A stretch of 64,000 nucleotides of DNA from Armatimonadota bacterium (GTDB lineage: Bacteria > Armatimonadota > SYMT01), in NCBI GenBank assembly GCA_046292385.1, contig JBKBRF010000036.1:8012-72011 (forward strand). Reading direction: 5' to 3'. A program made the translations under genes and the position numbers. The notes under the pieces were generated by a model. That model had not been told where the DNA came from and did not search any database. It was given only the letters and a program-made list of their open reading frames with translations. Positions 28,146 through 39,634 of the stretch are shown here, piece by piece; the first letter of the stretch is position 1, and every line of letters starts with the position of its first letter.

Positions 28146-29523
28146 CCTGTTGTGCGCCGCGAGACGAGTGGTGGAAGAGCGCCTCGGGCTCGACTTCCGA
28201 GTGGAGCGTGGAGAAGCGCTCCAGCGCAGGCTCTCGCGGGCACTGCGCGAGACCGCCCGCGAAGATCTCGAGAGCGCGCTGGCCCGGCTGATGGAGGCCC
28301 CCTCCGAAGACCCCGAGTTGATGGCGCTCGCCCGCGGCCTGACGGTAGGAGAGACCTACTTTTTCCGTGACCGGGCCTGCTTCGAGGCGCTGGAGCGTCA
28401 CGTGCTGCCGCCTCTCCTCGCGGCCCGCCGCGCGGCCGGCTCGCTGCACCTGCGGGTCTGGAGCGCCGGGTGCTCCACGGGCGAAGAACCCTACTCGCTG
28501 GCAATCCTGCTCGACCGGCTGCTGCCGGATTTCGAAGACTGGCGCGTGACGCTGCTCGCGACCGACATCAACCCGGACTCGCTGGAGCGCGCGCGGGAGG
28601 GCCGCTACGGGGAGTGGTCGTTCCGGACCACGCCGCGCTGGGTGCGCGAGCGGTACTTTCACCGGGTGAGCGGCCGTACGTATGAGCTGGACGCGCGCAT
28701 CCGGAAACGGGTAAGCTTCCGAGCGCTCAACCTGGCTGAAGTCGGCTATCCCAGCGCGGCAAGCAACACCCTCGCCATGGATCTGGTCCTCTGCCGCAAC
28801 GTGTTGATGTATTTCACGGAGGACGCGCGCGCGGCAGCCCTGGAGCGGCTCCGACAGGCGTTGACGCCGGGCGGTTGGCTGGTAGTAGCCTCGCCGGAGG
28901 CCTCCGGATCGCCGCTCGCTCCCCTGCTTCCGGTGAATTTCCCGGGAGCGACCCTCTATCAGAAGCAGGAGCCGGCAGCTCAGCCTCCTTTGCGGAAGGG
29001 CGCGTCCCTACCACCCGGGGAGGCGGTCGCTGCTGCCGGAGCGCCGTCGTACCCGGCATCCCGGCGGCTGCCGGCTTCACCTCTTCTCCCGGCGACTCCC
29101 GCGCGCGGAGTGGAGGAGCCTCATCCTCTGGTCGCCGCGCGGCGGCTCGCGAACGCGGGTCAGCTTCAGGAAGCCCGGGCGATCTGCGAGAGCGTGACGG
29201 CCGAGGCTCCGCTGCTGGTGGAGGGGTGGGTCCTGCTCGCGACGGTGTGTGACGAAAGCGGAGATGCCGAGGCGGCACAGCGGGCGCTCCGCCGGGCGCT
29301 CTATCTCGATCCGGACTGCGCCTTTGCGCGCCTGAGCCTGGGGCTGCTCCTCTTCCGGAGTGGCGACCGGGGGCGTGGACTCCGTCAGGTGGAGCACGCC
29401 GCGCGCCAGCTCGAGGGGCTGTCCGACCGGGCGCTGGTAGAGCATGCGGACGGCGCGACGGCGGGTGAGTTGTTGACGCGGGCGCTCCGGCTGCTCGAAA
29501 TCGGATCGCGGAGGGCAGCCTGA
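28135..29523 (+). CDS. cheR: CheR methyltransferase with C-terminal TPR
   Basis: TVGETYFFRD, WSAGCSTGEEPYSLA, LCRNVLMYF, RRALYLDPD. Confidence 0.92.
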   Translation: MQPDLLCAARRVVEERLGLDFRVERGEALQRRLSRALRETAREDLESALARLMEAPSEDPELMALARGLTVGETYFFRDRACFEALERHVLPPLLAARRAAGSLHLRVWSAGCSTGEEPYSLAILLDRLLPDFEDWRVTLLATDINPDSLERAREGRYGEWSFRTTPRWVRERYFHRVSGRTYELDARIRKRVSFRALNLAEVGYPSAASNTLAMDLVLCRNVLMYFTEDARAAALERLRQALTPGGWLVVASPEASGSPLAPLLPVNFPGATLYQKQEPAAQPPLRKGASLPPGEAVAAAGAPSYPASRRLPASPLLPATPARGVEEPHPLVAARRLANAGQLQEARAICESVTAEAPLLVEGWVLLATVCDESGDAEAAQRALRRALYLDPDCAFARLSLGLLLFRSGDRGRGLRQVEHAARQLEGLSDRALVEHADGATAGELLTRALRLLEIGSRRAA

Positions 29524-29528
29524 CACCT

Positions 29529-30149
29529 GTGGAGACGAGGATGGAGACAGAAGAGACGCCTGGCGTCGTGGCGCCGCAGCCACCGGCGGTCCCCGCTTCG
29601 GACGCTCGACCTGCATCGCCGCCGGAGCCGGACCGAGGCCTCGAAGCACGCACGCTGCAGATTCTCCGGAAACGGGCGAAGGTACTCTCCCAGCCGAGGA
29701 GCGTGGCGGGGGCGACTCCCACCGTTGAGCTCGTCGTCTTCTCCCTGGGGAGCGAGCGGTTTGGAGTGGAGGTTTCCGCCGCCCGGGAGGTCCTCCCGCT
29801 CCCTCCGATCGTGCCGGTGCCGCACACGCCGCCGTGGGTGGTGGGAGTTGCGGGCTATCGGGGCCGCGTGCTGACGGTAGTCGACCTTCGTCCGCTCCTC
29901 CAACTGCCCGCGGAAGCCGAGACGGGTGGGCAAGCGCGGCTCGTGGTCGTGGAGTCGTGCGGGATGGTGTTCGGCCTGCGGGCCGGCGCGCTTCACGGGG
30001 TTTTTCAGGCGGAGGATGCACTCATCGCCGCGCCCGGACCGCGGCAGGAAGGTGGGCTGCGATTTGTGCGAGGAGTAACGCCGGAGCGGGTCGCGGTTCT
30101 AGACTTGCCGGCGCTGGCGCAGCACCCGGGATTTCAGGTGAAGGGATAA
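29529..30149 (+). CDS. cheW: CheW adaptor (second)
   Basis: [41 protein letters not shown]. Confidence 0.85.
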   Translation: METRMETEETPGVVAPQPPAVPASDARPASPPEPDRGLEARTLQILRKRAKVLSQPRSVAGATPTVELVVFSLGSERFGVEVSAAREVLPLPPIVPVPHTPPWVVGVAGYRGRVLTVVDLRPLLQLPAEAETGGQARLVVVESCGMVFGLRAGALHGVFQAEDALIAAPGPRQEGGLRFVRGVTPERVAVLDLPALAQHPGFQVKG

Positions 30150-30150
30150 G

Positions 30151-31626
30151 ATGAGCCTCAAGAAAGAGCGCAGGGGGAGCTGGACGGTCGGGCGACGCGT
30201 CGCCGCGGGATACGCGGTGATCCTCACGCTGCTGCTGATCCTCACTATCAGCACCGTCGCCAGCCTCGTCGCCACCGCCGTCGGGTTTCGGGAGGCGATG
30301 GAGGAGCGAGACCAGGTCCTCCAGGATGCCCGGTCCGTAGAACGGACTCTCGTCGCTGCGCAGGTCGGCTCGCTGCGCTACCTGCTCACCGGAGACCGGC
30401 GTTTCGTCGAGAACTGGAGATCGCAGGCGGAAGCCGGCGCCGAGGTTCTGCGGCGACTGGCGAATACGAGCCCCACGCCGGAGCTGCGAGCCGGGTGGCA
30501 GGATGCTGCCGGCACGCATCAGCGCTGGGGAGCAGCGGTCGGTGCGGCGGTTGCCGCGCGGGACGCCAATCGCCTGGAGGAGGCGGAGCGGATCGTGCGG
30601 CAGCGCGTCATCCCGGTGCGGGACCGGCAGAATGAAGAGATCGACCGGCTGGTGGATGCACATCGCGCCCATGCCCGGACGAGAACGGAAGGAGTCTCGA
30701 CCCGTGCCGGGAATACGGTCCGCTTCACGCTCGTGCTTGCCGCGGGAGCCATCATCCTGGGCTGTGCGCTGGCCTGGGGCCTGACTCGCTCGGTCACGCG
30801 GACCCTGAAGGAAGCCGTCTCCATCCTGACGAGCTCGTCGGCGGAGATCCTGGCGTCGACCACCCAGCAGGCTTCCGGCGTCGCCGAGGAAGCTTCCGCG
30901 GTCCAGGAGACCACGACCACCGTCGATGAGCTGCGCCAGACGGCCGAGCTGGCGACGGAGAAGGCGAAGCTGGTGGCGGAGGCGTCCGCCAGGACCGTCG
31001 AGATCTCGAGCCAGGGTCGTCAGGCGGTGGAGGAGACGCTGCAGAGCATGCAGGAGACGCGGGAGCGGATGGAGGCGATCGCGGAGCGGATCCTGGCGCT
31101 AAGCGAGCAGGGTCAGGCGATCGGGGAGATCATCGCGACCGTGGATGAAGTGGCCGATCAGTCGAGTATCCTCGCGGTCAACGCCGCGATCGAGGCGGCG
31201 AAGGCGGGAGAGGCGGGCAAAGGCTTCGCGGTCGTCGCCTCCGAGGTGAAGGAGCTGGCGGAGCAATCCCGTCGGGGCACCGCCCAGGTCCGCGCCATCC
31301 TGAACGAGATCCAGCGTGCGACGCAGGCGGCGGTACTGGCGACCGAGCAAGGGGTCAAAGCCGGTGAGGCGGCGGAGAGGATCGCGGTGAGATCGGGAGA
31401 TGCCATTCGCGTTCTTTCGGAGAGCCAGCAGGACGCGGCCCAGTCCGCCCGCCAGATTCTGGTGACGACGCAGCAGCAGCTCGTCGGCGTCGATCAGATC
31501 GCGACGGCGATGCAGCACATCCAGCAGTCATCCAGCGAGAACATGGCCGCGACCGAGCAGGTGGCCCGAGCGGCGCACGATCTGAACGACATGGCGGGCC
31601 GGCTTCAGGAGCTGGTTTCCGGCTAG
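30151..31626 (+). CDS. Methyl-accepting chemotaxis protein (2 TM, helical periplasmic domain)
   Basis: [34 protein letters not shown] signalling tip. Confidence 0.93.
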   Translation: MSLKKERRGSWTVGRRVAAGYAVILTLLLILTISTVASLVATAVGFREAMEERDQVLQDARSVERTLVAAQVGSLRYLLTGDRRFVENWRSQAEAGAEVLRRLANTSPTPELRAGWQDAAGTHQRWGAAVGAAVAARDANRLEEAERIVRQRVIPVRDRQNEEIDRLVDAHRAHARTRTEGVSTRAGNTVRFTLVLAAGAIILGCALAWGLTRSVTRTLKEAVSILTSSSAEILASTTQQASGVAEEASAVQETTTTVDELRQTAELATEKAKLVAEASARTVEISSQGRQAVEETLQSMQETRERMEAIAERILALSEQGQAIGEIIATVDEVADQSSILAVNAAIEAAKAGEAGKGFAVVASEVKELAEQSRRGTAQVRAILNEIQRATQAAVLATEQGVKAGEAAERIAVRSGDAIRVLSESQQDAAQSARQILVTTQQQLVGVDQIATAMQHIQQSSSENMAATEQVARAAHDLNDMAGRLQELVSG

Positions 31627-31660
31627 CGCCGGAGAGCCCCGGGGCCGAGATGCACCACCG

Positions 31661-33853
31661 ATGAGACGCCGCAGCGAAGAGACGCAGGCCCGGCTGCTCG
31701 CCGCGTTCCAGACGGAAGCGGAGGAGCACCTCGGGTCGATCAACGCCGCGCTTGGCTCGCTCCGCTCCGATCCGGGCGAGGCGAGTGCGGCGGATATGCT
31801 CTTCCGGGCCGTGCACACGCTCAAGGGAGCCTCCCGCTCGGTCGGTCTGCTGCCGGTGGAGACGATCTGCCAGGCACTGGAGACGCTGCTGCGCCGTGTG
31901 ACGCTCGGCGAGCTCGCTCTCTCGCCGCGACTGGTAGCGGGCCTCCAGGAAGCAGTAGATGACGTGGCGTCCCTCATCGAGGGCCAGGCCCCCCAGCGGT
32001 CCGTGCCGGACTCCGTGCTGGCGCTGGAGCGGCTCGTCGGGGGTGCCGCGGAGGGGGCGCCGGGCGACATGCCGGTGCCGGGTGACCGGTCTCCGGAGTC
32101 GGCTAGCGTCCAGGCTGCCCCGCCCCCGGACGAGCATGTTCGAGACGCTTCCGAGACCGTCGAGCTCCCGGAGCCGCGCCTGCCCGTGGAGAGAGAGAGC
32201 ACCATCCGGGTGCCCGCGGAGCAGCTCGACGCCCTCTTGCTGCAGCTGGAAGACCTGCTGCTTCCGAAGCTCGCCGCCGGGCAGAGGGTGCGAGAGCTCC
32301 AGGCTCTCGCAGATGCCGTCACCTCCCGGCGGAAGCAGCACGGCGAGAGCTCCGAGTGGGAAGCGCTCGCGGCGGAGCTGCCGCCGATCGTGCGCCGCCT
32401 GCGCGAGGACGAGCGGCGGTTGACCCGGCTGCACGAGCAGCTTCAGGCGGAAGTGCTGCGCCTCCGGACTTCGCCGGTGTCCGGCATCGTGGAAGCGATG
32501 CCGCGCATGATCCGCGATCTCGCCCGCGAAACCGGGAAGGAAGTGGAGCTGACGCTCACCGGTACGGAGCTGGAGCTGGACCGGCGGGTGCTCGAGCGGA
32601 TCAAAGACCCGTTGATCCACCTGCTGCGAAACGCCGTCGACCACGGGATCGAGTCGCCGGAAGTGCGGGAGCAGGCGGGAAAGCCGCGGGAGGGCCGGAT
32701 CCGGCTCTCGTTCGGGGCGGCGGAGAGCCGCCGGATCGAGGTCGCCGTCGCGGACGATGGCGCCGGGATCCGTCCGGAGGTGGTGCGAGAGGCGGCGGTG
32801 CGCTCCCGGCTGATCGGCGCGGACAACGCCCGCACGCTCAGCGCACAGGACAGCCTGGAGCTGCTCTTCCAGCCCGGGTTCAGCACCAGTCCGGTCGTCA
32901 CGCGAGTCTCGGGTCAGGGCCTGGGGCTCCCGATCGTGCGAGAGCGGGTGGAGGGCGTGGGCGGCAGCCTGCAGGTGGAGAGCGATTCCGGGGCAGGTAC
33001 CACCGTGCGGATGCTGCTTCCGGCTACCATCGCCACGGTCAGCGGACTTCTGGTGCGCGCGGGGGAGCGGCAGTTTCTTCTTCCCGTGCAATCGGTGGAG
33101 CACGTGCTGCGGATCACGGAGGCCGACGTCACCAGCCTGAGCGGACGGACCGGTATCTACCGGATGGGTCAGTTTCTCCCGGTGTCGCCCCTGCAGACGC
33201 TGCTGGACCTCCCCGGCGGAGCGACGCTCGGGGCGGGGAGGCTCCCCTGCCTGGTCCTGGTGGCGGGCCAGGAGCGGATCGGGCTGCTGGTCGACGAGGT
33301 GCTCGGCGAGCGAGAGCTCCTGGCCAAAGAGCTGGAGCCGCCGCTCGTCCGGGTCCGGCACGTCGCGGGCGCGGGACTGCTCGGCACCGGCGAGCTGGTC
33401 CTGACGCTGCGGGCGGCCGAGCTGATCCGCACGTCGCTGGCTTCGGAGAGCGCCCCGCTGCGATCGACCCCACCGGCAGCGCGGAGCCGGGCTCCGGTCA
33501 TCCTGGTGGTGGACGACTCGCTCACGACACGCGTGATGGAGAAGAACTTGCTGGAGAGTGCCGGCTACACCGTGAAGACGGCGGTGGACGGCATGGAAGC
33601 GTGGACTCTCCTCGCCAGCGAGTCTTTCGACCTGCTGGTGTCGGATGTAGACATGCCGCGCATGGATGGTTTCGAGCTCACGGCACGGATCCGCGCCGAC
33701 GCACGGCTCCGGGAGCTGCCGGTGATCCTGGTTACGGCGATGGAATCGCGGGAGCACCGGGAGCGAGGCGTGCTCGCCGGCGCGAACGCGTACGTCATCA
33801 AGTCCAGTTTCGAAGAGTCGAACCTCCTGGAAATCATCACCCGGTTGCTGTAA
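31661..33853 (+). CDS. cheA: Hybrid CheA (Hpt-HATPase-CheW-REC)
   Basis: FRAVHTLKG, HLLRNAVDHGIE, DDGAGI, PGFST..SGQGLGL, C-terminal VVDDS..DVDMPRMDG. Confidence 0.93.
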   Translation: MRRRSEETQARLLAAFQTEAEEHLGSINAALGSLRSDPGEASAADMLFRAVHTLKGASRSVGLLPVETICQALETLLRRVTLGELALSPRLVAGLQEAVDDVASLIEGQAPQRSVPDSVLALERLVGGAAEGAPGDMPVPGDRSPESASVQAAPPPDEHVRDASETVELPEPRLPVERESTIRVPAEQLDALLLQLEDLLLPKLAAGQRVRELQALADAVTSRRKQHGESSEWEALAAELPPIVRRLREDERRLTRLHEQLQAEVLRLRTSPVSGIVEAMPRMIRDLARETGKEVELTLTGTELELDRRVLERIKDPLIHLLRNAVDHGIESPEVREQAGKPREGRIRLSFGAAESRRIEVAVADDGAGIRPEVVREAAVRSRLIGADNARTLSAQDSLELLFQPGFSTSPVVTRVSGQGLGLPIVRERVEGVGGSLQVESDSGAGTTVRMLLPATIATVSGLLVRAGERQFLLPVQSVEHVLRITEADVTSLSGRTGIYRMGQFLPVSPLQTLLDLPGGATLGAGRLPCLVLVAGQERIGLLVDEVLGERELLAKELEPPLVRVRHVAGAGLLGTGELVLTLRAAELIRTSLASESAPLRSTPPAARSRAPVILVVDDSLTTRVMEKNLLESAGYTVKTAVDGMEAWTLLASESFDLLVSDVDMPRMDGFELTARIRADARLRELPVILVTAMESREHRERGVLAGANAYVIKSSFEESNLLEIITRLL

Positions 33854-33877
33854 TGCCGTTCTCCGGGAGGAGCTGAG

Positions 33878-34978
33878 ATGGTGCGGGTACTGCTGGCGGA
33901 GGACTCTCTGGTGGTCCGGGAGCATCTGGTGAGCTTGCTCTCAGAGGACCCGGAGATCCAGTTAGTGGGGACCGCCCGCAACGGGGTGGAAGCGGTTGAG
34001 ATGGTGCGGCAGCTCCGTCCGGACGTCGTGCTGATGGATGTCACCATGCCCCGGATGGGTGGATACGAGGCGACCCGCCAGATCATGGGGAGCTCCCCGC
34101 TCCCGATCGTGATGATCAGCAGCGGCTTCGACACCGGCGGAGTGGCCACGACGTTCGAAGCGCTGCGGGCGGGAGCGGTCGCCGTGGTAGAGAAGCCGCG
34201 GGGCGGCGGAGACACCGAAGAGGCCTCCGCTCGGGAGCTCTGTCAGACCGTGAAGCTGATGGCGGAGGTCAAGGTGGTGCGGCGCTGGGCGCGGGATCCC
34301 TCCGTACCCAGGCCGATCTCGCCCGCGGACCGGCCCCGCGCGGGCGAACGGCCGGTGTCGACCCGTACCGCCGTGGCGCCGTCCCGCCAGCGACGCATCG
34401 AGCTGGCCGTGATCGGTGCCTCTACCGGCGGGCCGGCCGTGTTGGTGGAGATCCTGACGCGGCAGCCGGCGCAGCTGCCGGTCCCGATCCTGATCGTTCA
34501 GCACATCGCACGGGGATTCGTGGGCGGCCTGGCTGCGTGGCTGAACGAGCAGACCGCGCTGAATGTGAAGCTCGCCGAACCGTACGAGCCGCTGCGGGCG
34601 GGGGTAGTGTACCTGGCTCCCGACGGCTATCAGCTGGGAGTTACACCGACCCGCCGGATACGGCTCGTCGATGCGCCGGCGGAGGACGGATTCAAGCCGT
34701 CCATCTCGTACACCCTGCGATCGGTGGCGGCGCAGTATGGGGCTGCCGGGCTGGGAGTGCTGCTCACCGGCATGGGGCACGACGGCGCGGCAGGACTCCT
34801 CCAGCTCCGCCAGGCCGGGGGGCTCACCGTGGCACAGGACGCTGCCAGCAGTGTCATTTTCGGGATGGCGGAGCGGGCGGTCGGCCTCGGCGCCGTCGAG
34901 CACGTGAGCTCGCCGCGCGAGATCGCGGAGCTTCTACGCACGCTCCCGGTACCCGGGGAAGAGAACAGGAAAGGTTGA
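33878..34978 (+). CDS. cheB: CheB methylesterase with receiver domain
   Basis: GASTGGP, VQHI, LTGMGHDG catalytic triad motifs; N-terminal REC. Confidence 0.93.
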   Translation: MVRVLLAEDSLVVREHLVSLLSEDPEIQLVGTARNGVEAVEMVRQLRPDVVLMDVTMPRMGGYEATRQIMGSSPLPIVMISSGFDTGGVATTFEALRAGAVAVVEKPRGGGDTEEASARELCQTVKLMAEVKVVRRWARDPSVPRPISPADRPRAGERPVSTRTAVAPSRQRRIELAVIGASTGGPAVLVEILTRQPAQLPVPILIVQHIARGFVGGLAAWLNEQTALNVKLAEPYEPLRAGVVYLAPDGYQLGVTPTRRIRLVDAPAEDGFKPSISYTLRSVAAQYGAAGLGVLLTGMGHDGAAGLLQLRQAGGLTVAQDAASSVIFGMAERAVGLGAVEHVSSPREIAELLRTLPVPGEENRKG

Positions 34979-34982
34979 TCCG

Positions 34983-37460
34983 TTGGCGCACCGCATTCTG
35001 ATCGCAGAAGACAGCCGCACCCAGGCGGAGGAGCTGCGGAGCTTGCTGGAGGACGTCGGCTTCGAGGTGGAGGTCGGCACCAATGGCCGTGAGGCGCTGG
35101 AAATGCTCGAGCGCTCGCGTCCCGACATGATCCTGAGCGATCTCTTCATGCCGGAGATGGACGGCTTCGCCTTCTGCCAGGCGGTCAAGAGCCGGGACGA
35201 AACGCGCCGGATCCCGTTCATTCTCCTGACGCAGTTGAATACGCCCGGCGGCATCGCCATCGGCCTGCAGCACGGCGCGGACGACTTCGTCCCGAAGCCG
35301 TATGACGAAGACCTCCTGCTCGAGCGCGTTCGGGCCCTGCTCGCCGCCAATGACGGCTCCGAGACCCGCGCCGATCCCGGTCTGGGGCAGCTCCCGCTGG
35401 AGAGAGCCAGTCTGCTGCTCGACCAGCGCGAGCAAGCCCTGCGCACGTCGCACGCTTTCCTCGAACAACTGGTCGCCGGCAGCCCCGGCATCATCCTGCG
35501 GGCCGAGACCCGACTGCGCCGCATCAGCTACATCAGTCCGAACATCGAGGCGCTGCTCGGGTTCGCGCCGGAGGAGGTGCTGCGGAGCTCCGACTTCCTG
35601 GCGGATCGAATCCATCCTGATGAGAAGGTGCAGGTGCTTACGTCTCTGCACGGGGCCTACCTCACCTCGGAGGACGGGTGGCGCACGGAATGCCGCCTGC
35701 AGCACCAGGACGGCTCGTACCACTGGTTCTACATCTCCGCCCGTTTCGACGAGAGTGCAACGGGCGGCTCGTCGCCTCCGCTGGTGGCGCATCTGCTCAA
35801 CATCGACGTCCGCAAGGAAGCCGAAGCTCGCATTCAGTCTCTCAACAAGACCCTGGAGCTCCGGGTGCAGGAGCGCACCGCCGATGCGGAGGCACGCGCC
35901 CGCGAGCTGGCGGCTTCCGAGGAAGCGCTGCGGCAGAGCAACGCGGCGCTGCGCACGCTGATCGCCGGCGCCCCGCTGGCGATCGTGGGATTCGATCCGG
36001 AGGGGCGCGTCACCCAGTGGAACCCCGCGGCGGAGCAGATGCTGGGCTGGAACGAAGCTGAAGTCCTGGGCCGGAAGCCTCCGTTCATCCCGGCATACGC
36101 GGGCGAGGAGTTCCAGGAGCTTCTGCGGGTGTCCGCCGAAGGGGGGCGGCTGCGGAACGTGGAGCGTCGCAGAGAGCGAAAAGACGGGACTCCGATCGAT
36201 CTGAGTCTCTGGACCGCGCCGCTGTGGGCAGATGGCCGCATCCTCGGCGTGATCTCCATGATGGAGGACGTTACCCAGCGCAAGCAGCTCGAAGAGCAGC
36301 TCCGCCAGACGCAGAAGATGGAGGCGTTCGGGCAGCTCGCCGGGGGGATCGCCCACGATTTCAACAATATGCTGGCGGTCATCAGCGGCTACAGCGAGGT
36401 GCTCGCCATGCTGCCGGGAATCGAGGGGAACGCCCGTGAATTCGTGGATGAGATTCACGCTGCCGCGGAGCGAGCCGCCGCTCTCACGCGGCAGCTTCTG
36501 GCGTTCAGCCGCAAACAGGTGCTGGAGCCCAAGACCGTCGACCTCTCCGCGCTGGTAGAGGGCACCGTCCGGATGCTCCGGCGCCTGATCGGCGAAGACA
36601 TCGCCGTGAGAACCCGGTCCGAGCCGGAGCTGGGCAAGGTACGGGCAGATCCGGGCCAGATCGAGCAGGTTTTGATGAACCTGGTCGTCAACGCGCGAGA
36701 CGCCATGCCCCGGGGCGGCTCCCTGCTCATCACCGCGAGCAACGCGGAGATCTCCGAAGAGAGCCGGCCTCCCGGTTCGCCGGTGCCTCCCGGCGCCTAC
36801 GTGCAGCTCTCGGTGACCGATAGCGGCTGTGGGATGTCCAAAGAGGTCCTGGCCCAGCTCTTCGAGCCGTTCTTCACGACGAAGGAGCCGGGAAAGGGGA
36901 CGGGTCTGGGCCTGGCGACCGTCTACGGAATCGTGACCCAGAGCGAGGGCTACATCACGGTCGAAAGCGAGCCGGGCCAGGGAACCACGTTCCGCATCTA
37001 CCTGCCCCGGGTCGACGCCGCGGATGGCGGCGAAGAGACTGGCAGAAGAACAGCCGCAGCCGGAGGGGTGGAAACGATCCTGCTGGTCGAAGACGAGCCG
37101 TCCGTACGGCAGCTGGTCAACACGCTCCTCCAGTCGCAGGGTTATACGGTGCTGGAGGCGACCAATCCCGGGGACGCGCTGCGCATCTGTGAGCGGTATA
37201 CCGGCACCATTCACCTGCTGCTCACGGACGTCGTGATGCCCGGCATGAGCGGACGGGAGCTCCACGAGCACCTGCGTCAGGCGTATCCGCCACTGCGGGT
37301 CCTCTTCATGTCGGGCTACATGGACGACGCGGTGCTTCGCCACGGGGTATTGACCGACGACGCGGACTTCATCCAGAAGCCGTTTGCCGCCGCGAGCCTC
37401 GCCGGCAAGCTCCGGGAAGTCCTGGATCGGCCGGACGCCCCGGGGAACGAAGCTGGGTGA
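34983..37460 (+). CDS. Hybrid sensor kinase REC-PAS-PAS-HisKA-HATPase-REC
   Basis: [13 protein letters not shown]; two PAS-like segments; [30 protein letters not shown]-terminal [13 protein letters not shown] start. Confidence 0.92.
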   Translation: MAHRILIAEDSRTQAEELRSLLEDVGFEVEVGTNGREALEMLERSRPDMILSDLFMPEMDGFAFCQAVKSRDETRRIPFILLTQLNTPGGIAIGLQHGADDFVPKPYDEDLLLERVRALLAANDGSETRADPGLGQLPLERASLLLDQREQALRTSHAFLEQLVAGSPGIILRAETRLRRISYISPNIEALLGFAPEEVLRSSDFLADRIHPDEKVQVLTSLHGAYLTSEDGWRTECRLQHQDGSYHWFYISARFDESATGGSSPPLVAHLLNIDVRKEAEARIQSLNKTLELRVQERTADAEARARELAASEEALRQSNAALRTLIAGAPLAIVGFDPEGRVTQWNPAAEQMLGWNEAEVLGRKPPFIPAYAGEEFQELLRVSAEGGRLRNVERRRERKDGTPIDLSLWTAPLWADGRILGVISMMEDVTQRKQLEEQLRQTQKMEAFGQLAGGIAHDFNNMLAVISGYSEVLAMLPGIEGNAREFVDEIHAAAERAAALTRQLLAFSRKQVLEPKTVDLSALVEGTVRMLRRLIGEDIAVRTRSEPELGKVRADPGQIEQVLMNLVVNARDAMPRGGSLLITASNAEISEESRPPGSPVPPGAYVQLSVTDSGCGMSKEVLAQLFEPFFTTKEPGKGTGLGLATVYGIVTQSEGYITVESEPGQGTTFRIYLPRVDAADGGEETGRRTAAAGGVETILLVEDEPSVRQLVNTLLQSQGYTVLEATNPGDALRICERYTGTIHLLLTDVVMPGMSGRELHEHLRQAYPPLRVLFMSGYMDDAVLRHGVLTDDADFIQKPFAAASLAGKLREVLDRPDAPGNEAG

Positions 37461-37477
37461 GCGGGATCGGCGCGTCG

Positions 37478-38269
37478 TTACCCCCAGTTGCCGTAGACGT
37501 CAATCTCCTGCCAGTCGAGCTTCGGGCGGACGCCGCGGATGATGATTCCGGGGCGTCCGAGCGCCTGGCCGGCGGTCTGGCGGTTCTCCGGGTGGCGGTA
37601 GCCCATGCGGACCAGCCGCCGCCACTTGCCGCTGTGGTTCACCGCGGAGCCGTGGATCGTCCAGAGGCTGAAGACCACCACGTCGCCGGCGCGGGCGGGC
37701 ACCGGCACGGCGTCTTCCAGGCGGAAGCGATCGGTCGGCAGGTGCGGCGCCGTCTCCGGGCCAAGGATATGCTCCAGTGGGCCCAGGCGGTGGCTGCCGG
37801 GCAGGAACTTGATGCAGCCGCTCTGCTCGTCCGCGTCGTCCAGGTGGACCAGCGTATCGAGGTAGCGCCCGTCCGCGTGGGCGTAGAACGGCAGGTCCTG
37901 GTGCATCGGAAACGGGGCGCCAGCGTCCGGCGGCTTCGCATGGAGCGTCATGTGGTGGAATTCCACGCACTCGCTGCCGAGAAGCTGCGAGAGGGCGTCC
38001 GCCAGCCCCGCGTGGGCGAGGGCGCAGGTCCAGGCCGCGGAGTAGTGCTGCAGCTCGTGGATCGCCACCAGCGTCGCCTTCCGGTTCTCCTCCGCGTTCA
38101 TGTACTCTTCGCGCCAGGGTCCCTTCCAGGCCGCCTCCCACGTGGCGAAGTGCCGGATGATCTCGTCCAGCTCCGCGCTCATCCGGCCCAGCTCCGCGGG
38201 GTCGTAGACCTGCTCCAGGCGGAGGTAGCCGTTCTCGTGGAAGAACTCGATCTGCTCGGCGGTCAGCAC
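37478..38269 (-). CDS. Phytanoyl-CoA dioxygenase (PhyH) family 2OG-Fe(II) oxygenase
   Basis: LTAEQIEFFHENGYL, MHQD, FLPGSH, TIHGSAVN.S..RR; GTG start after AAAGGAG. Confidence 0.9.
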   Translation of the reverse strand: MLTAEQIEFFHENGYLRLEQVYDPAELGRMSAELDEIIRHFATWEAAWKGPWREEYMNAEENRKATLVAIHELQHYSAAWTCALAHAGLADALSQLLGSECVEFHHMTLHAKPPDAGAPFPMHQDLPFYAHADGRYLDTLVHLDDADEQSGCIKFLPGSHRLGPLEHILGPETAPHLPTDRFRLEDAVPVPARAGDVVVFSLWTIHGSAVNHSGKWRRLVRMGYRHPENRQTAGQALGRPGIIIRGVRPKLDWQEIDVYGNWG

Positions 38270-38447
38270 GGGGAGCTCCTTTCGCGGAGAGGAATCACCG
38301 TACGGTTCGAGCCGGAGCGTGGTCTCCCCTGCGGACGCTGGGAGCAGGGTCCGGCCCGACACGCGGGCCGTTCCGTACCGCCTGAGCTTTGCGTCTGCTC
38401 TAAGAACAGCCTTCCACGGAGGACGGCGGCAGGTAGACACTCCGGCG

Positions 38448-38570
38448 CGGCCTAACCCCCAACCCTCCCCCGTGCGGGGGACAAGCCTTCTTTGAAGCTC
38501 AAGGGGAGCCGGCCGGCCTTCCACCCATAGCTCCCCTCTCCCCGCGGGAGAGGGGCCGGGGGTGAGGCCG
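38448..38570. repeat. CCCTCTCCC/GGGAGAGGG palindromic REP-like element
   Basis: cggcctaacccccaaccctcccccgtgcggggga...cccctctccccgcgggagaggggccgggggtgaggccg. Confidence 0.75.
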
Positions 38571-38700
38571 CGATAGAGGCAGCCGAAGCCGCAATTTCAT
38601 CCATCCCGGGTGCACGGAGCGGCCTCTGCGGTAAGACCCGGTTCAAACCGGGGCCGCTGTCCGGCACTTGTAAAGCGGTACCGGCCTAGAACTGGATCCG

Positions 38701-38745
38701 GTTCTCTCCGCGCTCTCTGCGTCTCCGCGGTGAATCAGGTTCGGA
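38701..38745. repeat. Half CAGAG-family element
   Basis: ctctccgcgctctctgcgtctccgcggtgaatcaggttcgga matches right ends at 11130-11156 and 41140-41169. Confidence 0.65.
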
Positions 38746-38777
38746 CCGAAGCCCGGGTGCGGGTCGCGGAGGGACTG

Positions 38778-38786
38778 TGCTATACT
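38778..38786 (+). promoter_or_regulatory. Putative extended -10 promoter
   Basis: TGcTATACT about 95 nt upstream of the 38881 ORF. Confidence 0.45.
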
Positions 38787-38880
38787 CCCCACACTGACCA
38801 GGTAGCGTGGGTCTCCTGCTTACCGGGTCTTTTGGCATCCTGGAAATCGGTGGTACGGTAGCTGACTTGGGGTTGGTACG

Positions 38881-39555
38881 ATGCGGGAAGCGAATGCCGA
38901 GCTGGGCAGCGCGGTGACGGAAGCGCTCGACTGGATGGGCGCCACTCCGGAGACCGCGGGGGCGGCGCTGGGAATCAACGCGCGCACGCTCGATGCGATG
39001 TGTCGGGGCATCGTGCCGATGCGCAGCCTGGTGCTCCGTTTCGCGACGGCGATGGCGCGGCAGTGCGAGAGCCAGACCGGCGTGCCGGACTGGTGGTGCG
39101 ACGTCGACGCCTGGCTCCAGGTCGCCGGCTACTCACCTCGACGCGACCAGGATGGCGTCTCCGCTCCGCGGCCCTCGAGCCCGGCTACCGCGCCCCGCTT
39201 CGCGCCCCTGCGCTCCGCCTCCGCGCCCGCCTCTCGCCCCCCCGCCTCTGCTCCCCGCCCCGCCCCCGCCCGTCCCGCCGTGGCCGTTGCCGAGCCGGGC
39301 GAAGAAGGCGAAGTTGAGCCCGCCGGCCACTACTACCGTCCCGTCTACGAGCGGAAGACCCTCGGTGACGACCTTTGCGTCCACCTCTTCTGGATTCTCG
39401 ATGGGGACGGCGTCCGCCGGTACCAGATCAGCATCGGCGCCCACGAGGACTACCGCGCCCGCGCCGCCCAGGTGAAGCAGGACCTGCAGAACCTGAGCCG
39501 GGACCAGTTCGAGCGCCGCTACGCGCGGCACCGGATCAACTCCCCGGAAGCGTGA
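38881..39555 (+). CDS. Hypothetical protein, possible N-terminal XRE-like HTH
   Basis: ATPETAGAALGINARTLDAMCRG helix pattern, Pro/Ala linker, small C-terminal domain. Confidence 0.65.
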   Translation: MREANAELGSAVTEALDWMGATPETAGAALGINARTLDAMCRGIVPMRSLVLRFATAMARQCESQTGVPDWWCDVDAWLQVAGYSPRRDQDGVSAPRPSSPATAPRFAPLRSASAPASRPPASAPRPAPARPAVAVAEPGEEGEVEPAGHYYRPVYERKTLGDDLCVHLFWILDGDGVRRYQISIGAHEDYRARAAQVKQDLQNLSRDQFERRYARHRINSPEA

Positions 39556-39634
39556 TACCTCATTCGTGGCGCGGCCGTGCGAGCGGCGCCCCTCCCGCCG
39601 GCTGCTGCTGCCGGCGGCGCTTGCCTGTCTTCCC

